From positions 15,128,001 through 15,192,000 of the forward strand of contig NC_092672.1 of the NCBI RefSeq assembly GCF_964355755.1: a stretch of DNA of 64,000 bases, in the 5' to 3' direction. Below the pieces are notes generated by a model. The model was not told the DNA's origin and made no database searches. It was given only the letters and a program-made list of their open reading frames with translations. This document shows positions 39,793 to 53,314 of this stretch, piece by piece; position 1 is the first letter of the stretch, and every line of letters begins with the position of its first letter. Source of the DNA: Antedon mediterranea (lineage: Eukaryota; Animalia; Echinodermata). A program made the position numbers and the translations under genes.

Positions 39793-42070
39793 TATGCCGT
39801 TCATATGTTATATTTCTTTGGGCTCAAAATGTGATTTTATGCTGATCATATGTTATATTTCTTTGGGCTTAAAATGTGATTTTATGCTGATCATATGTTA
39901 TATTTCTTTTGGCTTAAAATGTGATTTTATGCTGATCATATGTTATATTTCTTTGGGCTCAAAATGTGATTTTATGCTGATCATATGTTATATTTTTTTG
40001 GGCACAAAATGTGATTTTATGCTGATCATATTGTAATGATTTTGGGGTTGAAGAAATAGATAGAGGGCGGCAGATGGAGGCAGAGTAGGCAGGAAGAGTA
40101 GCAGAGAACGGACGTGAGAAAAAGGGCAGAGAGGGATTGGAGAAGGAAGGCAATGGAGGGTTACCTCGAGCTGCGTTAAAAAGGAGGGAGAGATTGGAGC
40201 TGGAAAAGCGGAGAAGCAGGGAGAAGACGTGTAAAATAAGTAGAGACATTAGAGAAATTGGAAAACAAAGTGTAGGGAAGATTACAGAAAAGAAAGAGAA
40301 AATTAGAGCTGAATAATAAAAGGAGAGTTAAGACCCAGCAAGTAAGTTAGCCGGAGGGTACAGCCTACCGCTTGTGCTGCTGTAGGAGACATAGTGAGCC
40401 GGAGGTTGCGCCTACTGTACTGGTTGTATCACTATTTGAGACATAGTGAGCCGGAGGTTGCGCCTACTGTACTGGTTGTATCCCTTTTTGTGACATAGTG
40501 AGCCGGAGGTTGCGCCTACTGTACTGGTTGTATCACTATTTGAGACATAGCTGAGCCGGAGGTTGCACCTACTGGTTGTGTTACTGTTTGAGATACAGTT
40601 AGCCCGTTGTACACCCTGTGGTTGTGATACTGCTTTGCTGGTGGGTACACCTATTAGCCAGTGGTTAAAACTGCTGGTGGTTACCCTGTTAGCCGGTACG
40701 AGGTTACACCATTGTTGGTGGTTACGTTGCTGTGAAGGTTACACATTATTGGAGGTAACGTTGCTGTTGGAGGTTACACCATTGTTGGTGGTTACGTGCT
40801 GTTGGAGGTTACACCATTATTGGAGGTTACGTTGCTGTGGAGGTTACACCATTATTGGAGGTTACGTTGCTGTGGAGGTTACACCATCGTTGGTGGTTAC
40901 GTTGCTGTGGAGGTTATACCATTGTTGGTGGTTACGTTGCTGTGGAGGTTACGCCATTGTTGGTGGTTACGTTGCTGTGCAGGTTACACCATCGTTGGTG
41001 GTACGTTGCTGTGGAGGTTACACCATTGTTGGTGGTTACATGCTGTGGAGGTTACACCATTGTTGGTGGTTACGTTGCTGTGGAGGTTACGCCATTGTTG
41101 GTGGTTACGTTGCTGTGGAGGTTACGCCATTGTTGGTGGTTACGTTGCTGTGGAGGTTAATTACGCCATTGTTGGTGGTTACGTTGCTGTGGAGGTTACG
41201 CCATTGTTGGTGGTTACGTTGCTGTGGAGGTTACACCATTGTTGGTGGTTACGTTGCTGTGGAGGTTACACCATTGTTGGTGGTTACGTGCTGTTGGTGG
41301 TTACGCTACTATTGGAGGTTACGTCATTTATCGGTGGTTACGTTGCTATTTGGAGGTTACGCCGTTGTTGGTGGTTACGCTACTATTGGAGGTTACGTCA
41401 TTACTGGTGGTTACGCTGTTGTTTCAAGTCCGGCGTAATAGCAGAACTAATCTAATTAATTATTATAATCGGTTGTTACCAATAATTTGGAATCATAGAA
41501 GAATAAAGGAGGTCACTCCAGTAATTGTAATTGATTTGTTTGTTTCATTCGTGTGTGCCGCGGTACCGCAGACCCCTCCCCCCCCCCCCCCCCCCCAAGG
41601 GAACGAACTCGAGAGTGGATTTTTGTTACAATATGTTATATTTCTTTGGGCTTAAAATGTGATTTTATGCCGATCATATGTTATATTTCTTTGGGCTCAA
41701 ATGTGATTTTATGCTGATCATATGTTATATTTCTTTGGGCTTAAAATGTGATTTTATGCTGATCATATGTTATATTTCTTTTGGCTTAAAATGTGATTTT
41801 ATGCTGATCATATGTTATATTTCTTTGGGCTCAAAATGTGATTTTATGCTGATCATATGTTATATTTCTTTGGGCTCAAAATGTGATTTTATGCTGATCA
41901 TATGTTATATTTCTTTGGGCTTAAAATGTGATTTTATGCCGATCATATGTTATATTTCTTTGGGCTCAAAATTTGATTTTATGCTGATCATATGTTATAT
42001 TTCTTTGGGCTCAAAATGTGATTTTATGCTGATCATATGTTATATTTCTTTGGGCTTAAAATGTGATTTA
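39793..42070. repeat. 45-bp minisatellite derived from a Gypsy gag sequence, split by an insertion
   Basis: Unit ATATGTTATATTTCTTTGGGCTCAAAATGTGATTTTATGCTGATC. About 5 copies at 39793-40031 and about 10 at 41631-42070. Confidence 0.92.
40032..41630. mobile_element. Probable solo LTR (1.6 kb) containing 52-bp and 35-bp tandem arrays
   Basis: Termini TGTAA...TTACA with a 4-bp TSD ATAT (40028-40031, 41631-41634). Internal 52-bp repeats from ~40386 and 35-bp GGAGGTTACACCATTGTTGGTGGTTACGTTGCTGT repeats at ~40700-41420. Confidence 0.72.
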
Positions 42071-42195
42071 AATTTCTGAAGAATATCTACATCTTCAGAA
42101 TCTTTGTCAGCTTTGAACACAAATGAGTTAAATATGTCCTCACCTATCACATGCAAAAGTATACTACACTTCACCTTATCTGGTAAACATACATG
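42040..42195 (-). pseudogene. Gypsy gag N-terminal fragment
   Basis: KVKCSILLHVIGEDIFNSFVF...ILQKFKSHFKPK parallels the gag of the element at 47469 (KRALLLHYAGEKVYDIF...KNYFEPKKNISF). Confidence 0.7.
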
Positions 42196-43639
42196 ACTAG
42201 TATGGGATAACATTATTTGTGTATCAATTGAAATGAAGTTACTACACAGACTCAGGTTCATAGATAACCTGTTTATTCAACTCTAGGTGGCACTATTACA
42301 ATATTACATCTCTCCTTTATTTGAATGAAATTATGTCTGTACATTTACATAGATTATTAAAATTGTTCACTATGTAATGTATTGTATTCATGATCATGTA
42401 GAATAATGATACAGCGCCCTCTATCCGATGTGGATCGATGTATTTGTTAGTGAATAAAGCACTCTAGCACACACGGCAAAACGAGGTGTCCATTGTATTT
42501 CTTTTCGTTAGTGAATCACACATATTAAACATAATATCGGACATTGCAACTAGACTAAATTCTTGTCTGTGGGTTTCTTTAGTTATCTTTAAACACAAAC
42601 AATTATTTATTTCAGTAAATTGTATTTCCAGTAATCATTGTCATCTAATCATCATTAGAATTATCGTTATCGTGATTATTAATTTTTTTTAAAGTTTAAC
42701 AAAGTATACCTTAATAACAAAACAAATTCTAATCTACACAAAGGCTAAGAGTGGACTACCTTGCAGCAATGCAAGGGTGTATTCTGCCCTATTTCTGTAA
42801 TAAGATCAGATGTATTGTAGTCATGTGACTTGGAATGTGATAAGGAATGCTAGTTCTCATAGTATAATCAACAAGTTATAAAACAACTTTAATAGCAACA
42901 ATAATAACACAAGTTCAAAATCAACAGATTGCATCAGCCAACAAAATGCAAGTATGGAACGCAAATTGCGTCTCATTACATCCTCCACCTTGATTAAGGG
43001 CATAATATTATACAAATAATGAATTTTTATGAGCGTAATGGTACAAATAATGGCATGAGGTGAATGATGAAAAAGTTAAATATCAACAAGGCGACAGCTA
43101 AAATGCCTAGGCCTAGCCTAAAAGACAACAATACGAAATTTCGACAGGCAACTGTAAATCGTCTAGGCTAATTATGTTTTTTCCAACGATTCCACGTCTT
43201 GTAGATGTTCCCGTTAATTAATCAAAATCCTAAAAACGATCTAAAGCTAATTTAAATGCCTTTTTGATCTAAATTAGTACATATATATCTCTCCAAAAAT
43301 GTACTTCCATCGCCAAACAAGTCAAAACAATAACATTTGCCACGGAAGTACAAAATAGGTGGCGCTGTTGTATTTCAAAGTATAAAAAAAATAACAGATT
43401 TTTTTTTCGTACACGAAAAAAGGTATTATTAAACGATCATTTAATAGTACATACTATTGCACGCCATGTGACCCACAATTGTCCAATCAAATGATAGGAA
43501 TTTATTTAGGTGTTATATAAAATTGGTTATCAATAATTAGTGGGAAAAATTATAGTTGTAATAAAAATCGGTTTCTCTAATATCTTGATTATGATTAGTA
43601 CAGGTTGCTATACATTATTGATTTACTAAGATTAAAGAC

Positions 43640-45072
43640 CCATCCAATTAAAGACCCATCCAATTAAAAACCCAACAATTTGTGACGTTTTGTAAAAATA
43701 ATGTCATATATACTGTATTACTTCAAAAACATTAAACCAGGTCATTCCTTGTCTTAAATGTACGTTTTATGGTAAATTATGATAAAAAGACAGAAACAAT
43801 GCACTACCTAGTAGCTCGCTGTCAATGTCCTCTCGTTTGCCGTCTTTAGTTTTGTATGCCTAGCTGGTAAACATTGGTAACATACAAACATCGTACGCAA
43901 GCTATAGGCCTAGCCTGACGTTGTATAGTTGCTGCATTAATTATCTTTCTGTTTTTGACAGATTGACAAATTAGGGGAAATCCAGTATTTTTGCTGAAAA
44001 GTTAGGAGTCTTCTATTTGTTGTGGCCTCACGATCGATCGAAAAGGTGAGTGAATTACAGAAGAAAAACAAAAATATCAATCCGCGCGCATTGCATGTTT
44101 GGATTTATAGCGGGCCGCTAAAATTATGAGAATCGCCTTATTTTTAAAATGTTTAACCATTTAAAGACGAAAAAAGTTATCTCAATAAGACCATATAGTA
44201 TTTATTTTGATTTTTACATTAATGTAGTTTGTGACCTTAAATTAGATCTAAAAAAACATAGAGAATGGTACTTTAATTACAGAAATCTTTATGGCTTAAT
44301 TGGGCTAAAACCCCAAAGGTTTAAGCATATTTATTTTAATTTTTACATTAATGTAGTTTGTGACCTTAAATTAGATCTAAAAAATGTAGGGAATGGGTCT
44401 TTAATAACAGTATTTTTATCAGAGGTACCGGTAATTGGTTAAAGACCCCTTCCCTGCAATTTTGGACGTTTTTTGGAAAATAATACATATATATCACTTT
44501 AAAAACATTAAACCATGTCATTCCTTGTCTTAAATGTACGTTTTATGGTAAATTATGATAAAAAGTGAGAAACAATGCACTACCTAAGTAGCTCGCGGCG
44601 ATCGACCTCTCGTGGACGGTCTTAGGCCTAGCCTGGCTAGGCTTAGTTTTGTAGGCCTAGCTGGTAAACATCGGTAACGTGCGAACATCGTACGCTAGCT
44701 ATATACCTAGCCTGACGTTGTATAGTTGCTGCATTAATTGTCTTTCTATTTTTGCCAGACTCCGTTGATACAAATTGGGGAAAACCCAGTATTTTCGCTG
44801 AAAAGTTAGGAGTCTTCCATTTGTTTTGGCCTCACGATCGATCGAAAAGTGGGCGAATTACAGGTGAAAAATAAAAATATCAATCCGCGCGCAATGCATT
44901 TTGGGATTTATAGCGGGCCGCTATAATTATTAAAATCGACTTATTTTTCACATTTTTAACCGTTTAAAGACGAAAAAAGTTATCGCAATAGGACCATATA
45001 GTATTATTTTTACATTAAATATAGTTTGTGATCTTAAATTAGATCTAAAAAACGTAGGGAATGGGGCTTTAA
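43640..45072. mobile_element. Two tandem copies of a TTAA-flanked MITE inside Gypsy B
   Basis: Second copy TTAAAGACCCCTTCCCT (44439) ... AGGGAATGGGGCTTTAA (~45071). The first copy at ~43640-44404 is colinear and has a duplicated right end. Confidence 0.7.
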
Positions 45073-47468
45073 ATATAGTGTTTATTTTACAGTTATACAA
45101 GATATTAGATATGAAAGAGTATTTTTATTTATATGTGTTCTATCAGTCTTTTGGCTTTCGTGTGTCCCGACTGGGATGTTGGGTAGGTGGTGTTGTTACT
45201 CTTGTGTCATCTAAAACATGGTCCGCAAATCTTACTTGCTGTGGGTGGTGTTTGTGGAGATGTTTCCTGTTTCGCCTGAGTATACCTCCTCGCATGGTTT
45301 CTACCAAGTACGGTTCCTTCTGTCCATCTCTTGTTTTTGGAGTCTTGTACAGTAACCTTTTTTCCTTCTTTCACAGCGGTGAGATGTTGTGTTCCATGTT
45401 GGTAGTGATATTGTGTTTGGATAAAATTGAAAAAATTCATATCCTTCTAAAAATTTATAGTGAAGGACAAAATTATCCTGTCCTTCATTATAAACAAAAA
45501 TTTGGTTTCAAGTGATATTGTTTTTTTAAGTTTTGTCTGTGGAAAGCCTGTTGATAGCTTGTCTGTCATCGTTTTGGGTTTTTACGGGTAGGTTGCTTCT
45601 CACATCCCTCTTGTATAATATTTCTGTCTTTTGACTTCTGTATTACATTTTTAACTGTCTGTATTGTTCTTTTAATAAATCTGTTACTTTGTGGGTAATG
45701 TGGGCTGGATGTTACGTGTTGTATTCCCCACTCATTCACAAATTGACTGAACTCTGAACTGCTGAAGTGGGGGCCGTTGTTGCTGACGATTTTGTCCGGA
45801 ATACCATGTTCGCTGAACATTGATTTGGTCATTTTGATGACTGCAGTGTTTTCCCATCTTCTTAACAAAGGGGAAATTTTTAATAGTAGTCAGCTAAGGC
45901 GATGTATTCTTCTCCTTGGAAATAAAACAGGTCTGCTGCGACAACTTGCCATGGTCCTTCAGGTATTTTATGCTGAGTTTTGGTTACACCTTAGTGGTCT
46001 GTGGTACTAGTGTGGAATCTTGTACAACCAAATACGAGTGCCAAAAGTTCACGCTCAATATTGGCATGCTTCTTTTCCGTTTGTGTTAAAGTTGTGCTGG
46101 CGAAAGCGATAGGCTTTCCACTTTGAGTTAGAACTGCTCCTAGACCCTTCAGTGAGGCGTCTACATGTATGACTACAGGCTACTTGTGTGGTTGGAAGTA
46201 TGTCAGGGTGCAGCTTTCTGTAATGAGTGCTTTTACTTTTTCGAATTAAGTTTGGTGTTATGCTGTCCATTGCCATTCTGAGTCTTTTCTGGTTGAAGCT
46301 CTGAGTGTGTCCGTATGGTCTGCCAATTTTCGTATTATGAATGGAGACATATATTGTAAATCCCTAGGAACTGTTGGAACAAAGTTCACTATGCCATCAG
46401 GAAATCATATAAGGATTACGTAAACAATCTATTCAGATCCGCTGACAATAAAAAACGTTTTTTTTTGCGTTTGTGAAAGAAAAACGTTCATCTTCTTTAC
46501 CCAGTAAATTTATTAATCCAACGAATAACTCTCATTACTCCAACATTGAAGACATTGTAAACGGTTTTAATCGTTGTTTTACTTCTATTTGTAATGATGT
46601 TAACGTTCATTTTAATTTTAACGAACCTCCCCCCGGTTCTCTTAAAATCCCTGTACTTGCTGATATTTCATTTAGTCCGAATGATATAATTAACACCATA
46701 TCTACATTTCGGTCTAATTCCGCTCCTGGACCAGACTTAATATCAGTCAAATTACTCAAGCCGATATCGCATTCAATTGCCTATCCCCTTTGGTTGCTGT
46801 ATCGTACTTCCCTTAATACTGGTACTGTGCCCAATGATTGGAAATGTGTAAATACTATTCCAGTTCATAAATCTGGCGATAAGGCAGCGATAACTAATTA
46901 TAGACCAGTGGCCCTTTCCTCATTGGTGTGTAAAATTTTAGAGAAGATTATCGTAAATAACATTAATAACTTTACGTATGACAACGGTTTACTTAACCCT
47001 AATCAACATGGTTTTGTCAAACATAAATCTTGCGTAACTCAACTCAATAATGTTACCTATCACTGGTCAAAAATTCTTGACAAACGTGAGCCAGCAATTA
47101 TTGATACTCTGTTTTTAGACATGAGCAAAGCATTTTATCAAATGCCCTTCGACATCTTATTAACAAAAATTGCTCTAAATTTTAATATTCAAGGTAATAT
47201 CTGGAAATGGATATCTTCATACTTGACTGACAGGAATCAGAAAGTTTGTTTCAGGGGGGTGTAGTGTCGTACAGTTTATAAATGGGTTATTTAGTAAACA
47301 CATCCTGGCAACGCCAAACTCGTGTAGAATACGCATGCGTGCAGGACACGCTGTGGTACCAAACAGCATGTAATAAAAAGATAGAACTGCAATTTATAGT
47401 GTCTACCGAATCGTCATTAAAGTCATCGTAAACAATATTACATTGGCGACGAGTAGGATCAAGTAAAA

Positions 47469-50419
47469 ATGGAATCCACACTGGCAAACTTCCCGAACTT
47501 CAAAATACGAAATTCCGGCGACGATGCGCAAGAATTCGAAAAATACGCAGGCCGACTCGAAAATTTTGTCACGGCTATGAACATCCGGGACGACAAGTGG
47601 AAGAGAGCACTGTTGCTTCACTATGCAGGTGAGAAGGTATACGATATTTTTGGAACTTTGCAAAATACAGGCAATACTTATGATGAGGCCAAACTAGCAA
47701 TGAAAAACTACTTTGAGCCCAAGAAGAATATTTCATTCGCCATCTACACCTTCCGTCAGTCAAGCCAAAATGCCAGCGAGTCGATTGACGACTACGTCAC
47801 ACGCTTACGTCAGGCTGCTAGGACATGCTCGTTTGCGGACGTTGATGGTGAAATAAAAATGCAAATAATATCTCACTGTTGCTCGCCAAAGCTTAGACGT
47901 GCGGCTCTACGAGATCCTACGCTAACGCTAGACAAGATCTTGGAGTACGCGCGCGCACTCGAGGCATCGCAAAAACAAGCGTCTGGGATTGAAAGCAAAA
48001 AGGGAAATCCCCAGTACGTCAATTATTCTGCAGCAGCGACGACGACCAGCAAGCAGTGGACACAGGCTAAGCATACTGGTAGTAGTAGTAGGCATAGCTA
48101 CACTTCCAAGCAAACCAAAACTAACAATATCTGTCGTAGATGTGGAGGTAACTACCCACACACTGGTTCCTGTCCAGCCATGGGCAAGTCTTGTAATTTG
48201 TGCAGCAAACCTAATCATTTTGCAAGCGTATGTAGATCTAGTGGTAGTAATGTAGCAGCCAAGTCAAGCAGACCCCCTTCCAAAAGGGCAGTTAATGCTA
48301 TGAATAGCGATGATCGAAAAGCTGAATCATCAGAGGATGAGTATTCTTTCTCGTTGAAAAATGAAACCAAAGCGAAGCTACCAAAAGCAACACTGAAGGT
48401 AAACAATGTTAGTTTACAATTGCTAATCGACAGCGGATCGACAGTCAACATCGTGACTGAAGACGTAGCCAAAAAGCTTAAGATATATCCTTATGCTGCC
48501 GACACCCCCCTTAAAGTTTTGGGTGGATTCAACGCGATGGTGGAATCGAGCAAAAAGGTTGTCCTCGCGGATTTTGTTGTTGTAAAACGTGGCCCCACTC
48601 CAATTATCGGATACAGCACAGGGGTAGAGCTTGGAATCATTGACATAACATGTAGCATCCCACAACAACCCATGACGGACATAACCGCAAAATACGAGAA
48701 TGTGTTCAAAGGACTGGGTAAGATGAAAGATGCAACAATCAAATTGCACATCAACCCCGACGCCAAGCCTGTTAATCAAATTCACCGCAGAATACCATTC
48801 CACCAACGCGCCGTAGTGGAAGAATGCCTTGACAGAATGCTGCAAGATGAAGTTATAGAGCCAGCACCTGGACCACACACCTGGATCAATCCGATCGTAC
48901 TTGTACCCAAAAGCAATGGTAAAACGCGAATGGTTGTGGACATGCGTGAGGCAAACAAAGCGATAGGACGCGAGAGGTACTTAACGCCAACGCTAGATGA
49001 TATAATTTGCAAGCTAACAGGCGCTACCGTGTTTAGCAAAATCGACATGAACAGCGGGTACCAACAACTACTTCTGCATCCTGATTCTCGCAACATAAGT
49101 ACATTCTCTACGCACAAAGGACTGTATCGTTACAAGCGATTATTTTACGGTGTCAACGCTGCGCACGAGATCTTCAATGAAAAAGTCAAAAACATGCTGA
49201 GCGGAGTACAGAACCAACTCAACATAAGTGATGACATTATAATTTTTGGTAAAGACACTAAGGAACATGATGAAGCTTTAAATGCTGTATTTGAATGTTT
49301 GCGTGATTCTAATGTTACAGTAAACAAAGATAAATGTGAATTTTACAAGTCAAATATCACGTTTTTTGGCATGGTTTTTTCCAAGGAGGGAATTTCCCCA
49401 GATCCTAGGAAAGTTACTGCGATCAAAGCATTAAAGGCCCCAGAATGCATTACAGAATTGCGTTCCCTTTTTGGTATGGTTAATTTTCTCAGTCGGTTCA
49501 TTCCAAATTATGCCACTATTACAGCACCTATGCGTAAGTTGCTACAAAGTGACACCAAATTTGAATGGGGTGAAGAGCAAAACAAAGCTCTAGAAATGCT
49601 CAAGGATAAGCTCAATTCTGATTGTGTTATGGCATATTTCGACCCCACACAAACCACCGATGTTTATGTAGACGCTAGTCCAGTGGGTCTAGCTGGAATC
49701 TTAATGCAAGATGACAAAGTCGTTTTCTGTGGTAATAGGTCATTAACAGCCACTGAAAAAAGGTATTCCCAAATTGAACGGGAGGCATTGGCCATCGCAT
49801 GGGCGTGCCATTATTTTCGACTGTTTCTAGTTGGCAAACCATTTAGAGTCTTTACTGACCACAAACCGCTACTTTCACTGTTTAACAACCCACGGTCCAA
49901 ACCCTCTCTCAGAATAGAAAATTGGATACTAAGGTTGCAAATGTTTCAGTTTGAAGTATGTTTCCAAAAAGGTTCGACTAATCCTGCCGACTATATGTCA
50001 CGGTACACATTAGATAAGTGTAATGAAGTAAATAACTGTGTGACTGACAGTGCCACTGCATATGTAAATAGGTGTATTGAACAAGCTAAACCTAATGCAA
50101 TGACTATTGCCGACATTCAGTTAGCAACAGAGTCTGATAAAACGATTCAATGTGTTCTTAAGTTTATGCTAAATGATAATTGGGATATGGCCAAGTTGAA
50201 GCCAGAAGACCTAACTGATGTTGATCTAGAAGACCTCAAATCATATATGAATGTAAAAGATGAAATAATTTGTTCTGATGATGGCAAAATATTATTAAGA
50301 GGCAAAAATATCATTATCCCCCTTAGCTTAAGACGTAAAGTTGTTGACCTCGCTCACGAAGGGCACCAGGGGATAGTTAAGACAAAGAATTTATTGCGTT
50401 CTAAGGTCTGGTTCCCTAA
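47469..50419 (+). CDS. Gypsy A gag-pol polyprotein, 5' part (gag with two Zn knuckles, aspartic protease, RT, RNase H, first half of integrase Zn-binding domain)
   Basis: CRRCGGNYPHTGSC, CNLCSKPNHFASVC, LIDSGS, RLFYGV, ISDD, VDASPVG, YSQIEREALA, TDHKPL and AHEGHQG. The ORF runs on to 50594 only by reading into the inserted element. Confidence 0.9.
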
Positions 50420-52332
50420 AGCCCCTTTCTCACAGATGTGCCTGCAATATACCGGTACAGTGCTGGCGTCGTGCCGGTATCGTTACCGGCATATACCCAT
50501 TCTCATCGGACTATCGTGCCGGAAATATAACCGGTATATACCGGCTTTCTGTGAGAAAGGAGTCGGGCATATTCGGCCAATAAAAAGTCTCTGACAAAAT
50601 AATTATTGAGGGCGTCCTTTATTGTTATTATTTTTGTCTAGCGATGATATGGCGGCGAACGTTAAGTTACAGATTATTATCTTCCTTTATAGCATATTTA
50701 TGCAATACATGCTATGTACAGTATATTGTGCATATATTATACAGGTATAGCAATTAATTTGCCGTCATCGGCAATCTGTAAAACACCTTAGAAGGCTGTA
50801 GGCCTACAATTTACAAGGCGACGAAAGGTCAGGCACCAACAAACAAACCAAAGAGCTAATGGCCTAGCCTAGCGGCCTATAAATTATGGGGTGTCACGAA
50901 ACCTCAGACCACGAAAGCTCAGACCCCCTAAGACCTAAGATCACGAAAGCTAAGACCCAACACCTAAGATTACAAATACTAAGATATACTACAGCTTAAA
51001 AACAATACTTGTTTATCCATACATAATTTTAAACACAGTAGGTTTCATTTATTACCATAAATATAATTTAATACTACCGCAAAACATAGATAAACTCACA
51101 TTATTTTCGCCTGTTGAGTAATGTATATTTTTTCTTTACAACAAACAAACTTGACGGGTTGTTTGTTGGTATATATTTACTCCATTGTGTTGGTTCAGAG
51201 GAAGTTTTTCTTACGCACCTGCCTTTCTTGTATTTTGACTCCAAATTTGTTGACTAACTTTATCCTGAACACCACACTTTAAAATTAGGACTTATAAGTA
51301 CTTTCAGAAGGAGAAACACATAATAACAAATAAATAAATCCTTTAAATTGATGATTTTACAGATGTGTTTCTTTGTATAGGCCTACTGTAACTCCTCCCC
51401 ATGCTCAATGTTTTTGTTTCTATGGAGCGCCAAAAGAGCAACAATAATAGTACAAGTATAAAAACAGAAAGAAAACGAAACAAAAAAACTTATCATGATT
51501 TTTAAATTAAAATTTATTTGCCAGTATTTATTTCTTCGTACTTGCATGATTATACTATTATCATTACAATTTTAATTTTACATTGTTCCATCCACACTGT
51601 AGATGGACTCCACAGAGTTTTCAGCCCTCTATATAATTTTTGCTCTTTTGACGTTCCATAGAAACAAAAACATTGAACATGGCCCATGGGGTAGGCCTAC
51701 TGTACTGTAGGCTAGTCATTTTGTGTGCGAGAAAAACGTCTGTAAAATCATCAATTTAAAAATGTATTTGTTACTTTTTATGTGATTCTTTTTCATGAAA
51801 GTGCCAATTCTAAGGTGTGGTATTCAGAATAAATGTTGGGAGTTAAAATACAAGGCAGGTGCGAAAGATAAATATTTGTAATCTTAGGTGTTGGGTCTTA
51901 GCTTTCGTGATCTTAGGTCTTAGGGGGTCTGAGCTTTCGTGGTCTGAGCTTTCGTGACACCCATAGATTATGCTACAAATTTCTTCTTGTCCCCTTATTT
52001 TAAGCAGCTCTCTTATCTCATTATCCCTCCAGTTCGACATTATTATTGTTAATTGAATTGAATAGGCGCCAAAGTGATACACTTGACCGCGCAAGCTGTC
52101 AAAGCCTCGACGGGGAACCCCAGAATATAACGGCGATACGTTCTCACAGAATGCCCGTCTGGCATTGCGGGGAATATCCCTAGAATATTACTAGGTCTAA
52201 AGCAGGTCATGTCGATGCCGGCATGGTGCCGGCATGATGCCAAGACGACCCGTTCTCACAGAAAACCATACCGGCATGGTAATGTTATATTCCCGCAATA
52301 TTCCTGGCACACAACTCTGTGAGAAAGGGGCT
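50420..52332. mobile_element. PIF/Harbinger deletion derivative inserted in the Gypsy A integrase
   Basis: TAA|AGCCCCTTTCTCACAG ... CTGTGAGAAAGGGGCT|TAA (3-bp TSD). A minus-strand remnant MSNWRDNEIRELLKIRGQEE resembles a Myb/SANT-like domain start. Confidence 0.88.
50889..51962. mobile_element. Mutator-like foldback MITE nested in the Harbinger element
   Basis: ~90-bp TIRs starting GGGTGTCACGAAA. 10-bp TSD ATAAATTATG / ATAGATTATG with one mismatch. A further internal inverted symmetry spans ~51210-51865. Confidence 0.82.
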
Positions 52333-52335
52333 TAA

Positions 52336-53314
52336 GTTAGACAAACTTAGTGAAATAGTTGTAAAGGAGTGTATGTTGTGTCAGGCTGCAACTCCTCAGT
52401 CAGTATGAGCCCCACTCAAAATGTCTGGTTTACCACAAAACAGATGGGAGCAGGTTAGCATAGATTTTTGTCATGTTAACAATGAATATGTAATGGTTGT
52501 AATCGATGATTACTCACGGTTCCCTGTTGTCGAGCTCCTAACTTCAACTTCAGCAAATGCTGTGATTCCGAAAATTGACAAAATTTTCAGCATGCTAGGG
52601 GTTCCCAAGGTTGTCCGGTCAGATAATGGCCCACCCTTCAACAGTGATGCATTTGATAAATTTTCAAAATATCTTGGTTTCCATCACAGGAAAGTAACTC
52701 CATTGTGGCCCGAGGCCAATGGTGAAGTCGAGCGCTTTATGCGCACGTTCAAGAAAGTATTATATACCTCTGAACACTGGAAACAAGACATGTACGTCTT
52801 TTTAAGAAATTATAGGGCGACCCCACATTGTACAACGGGTGTTTCACCAGCAAAGGCCCTCTTGGGTATGGACCTTAATATTCGGTTTCAATCTCTTAAA
52901 AGGGAGGAGAGTAGTAATGATGAGTCACTACGACAAACTGACAATCGAAACAAAATTAAGATGAAGCATGATGCTGAAAAAAGGAGATGCATATCAGAAT
53001 GTAATCTCAACGTAGGTGACACTGTGTTAGTAAAGCAAGAAAAAAAGAACAAGTTCACCACACCTTTCTGTAAAACACCTTTAATCATTGTACATAGAAA
53101 TCATGATCTAATTACAGCTAAACACCCAGATGGTAATAAGATAACCAGAAACTGGTCACATTTTAAAAAGGTGAATCTGCCAAATAGGGCACATGTAAAT
53201 CCAAAACCGGTTTATAATGATGATACTGTTGTAGTGGGACAAGATCCGATCCCACAACAGACACGCAGATCTTGTAGACAAGCAAGACGGCCTCAAAGGC
53301 TAGTTGAGGAATAA
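52336..53314 (+). pseudogene. Gypsy A integrase, 3' part (CxxC, DDE core), with one in-frame stop
   Basis: Continues in frame after excising the insert: WFPK-LDKLSEIVVKECMLCQAATPQSV*APLKM (TGA at 52406-52408), then SIDFC, SDNGPPF and NGEVER. Confidence 0.88.

Noticed and set aside
40563-41655. Cys/Trp-rich or membrane-protein ORFs
   Set aside because: Translations of the 35-bp array in all three frames.
42280-43370. CTCF-like motifs (TAGGTGGCAC, CAGCGCCCTCTA, TAGGTGGCGCTG)
   Set aside because: Short motifs inside repeats. Function cannot be supported from sequence alone.
47287-49327. Minus-strand ORFs opposite gag-pol
   Set aside because: Antisense shadows of the coding strand with no recognisable motifs.
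50420-50594. Novel C-terminal extension of the 1041-aa polyprotein
   Set aside because: Read-through into the inserted Harbinger element. The true integrase continues at 52336.
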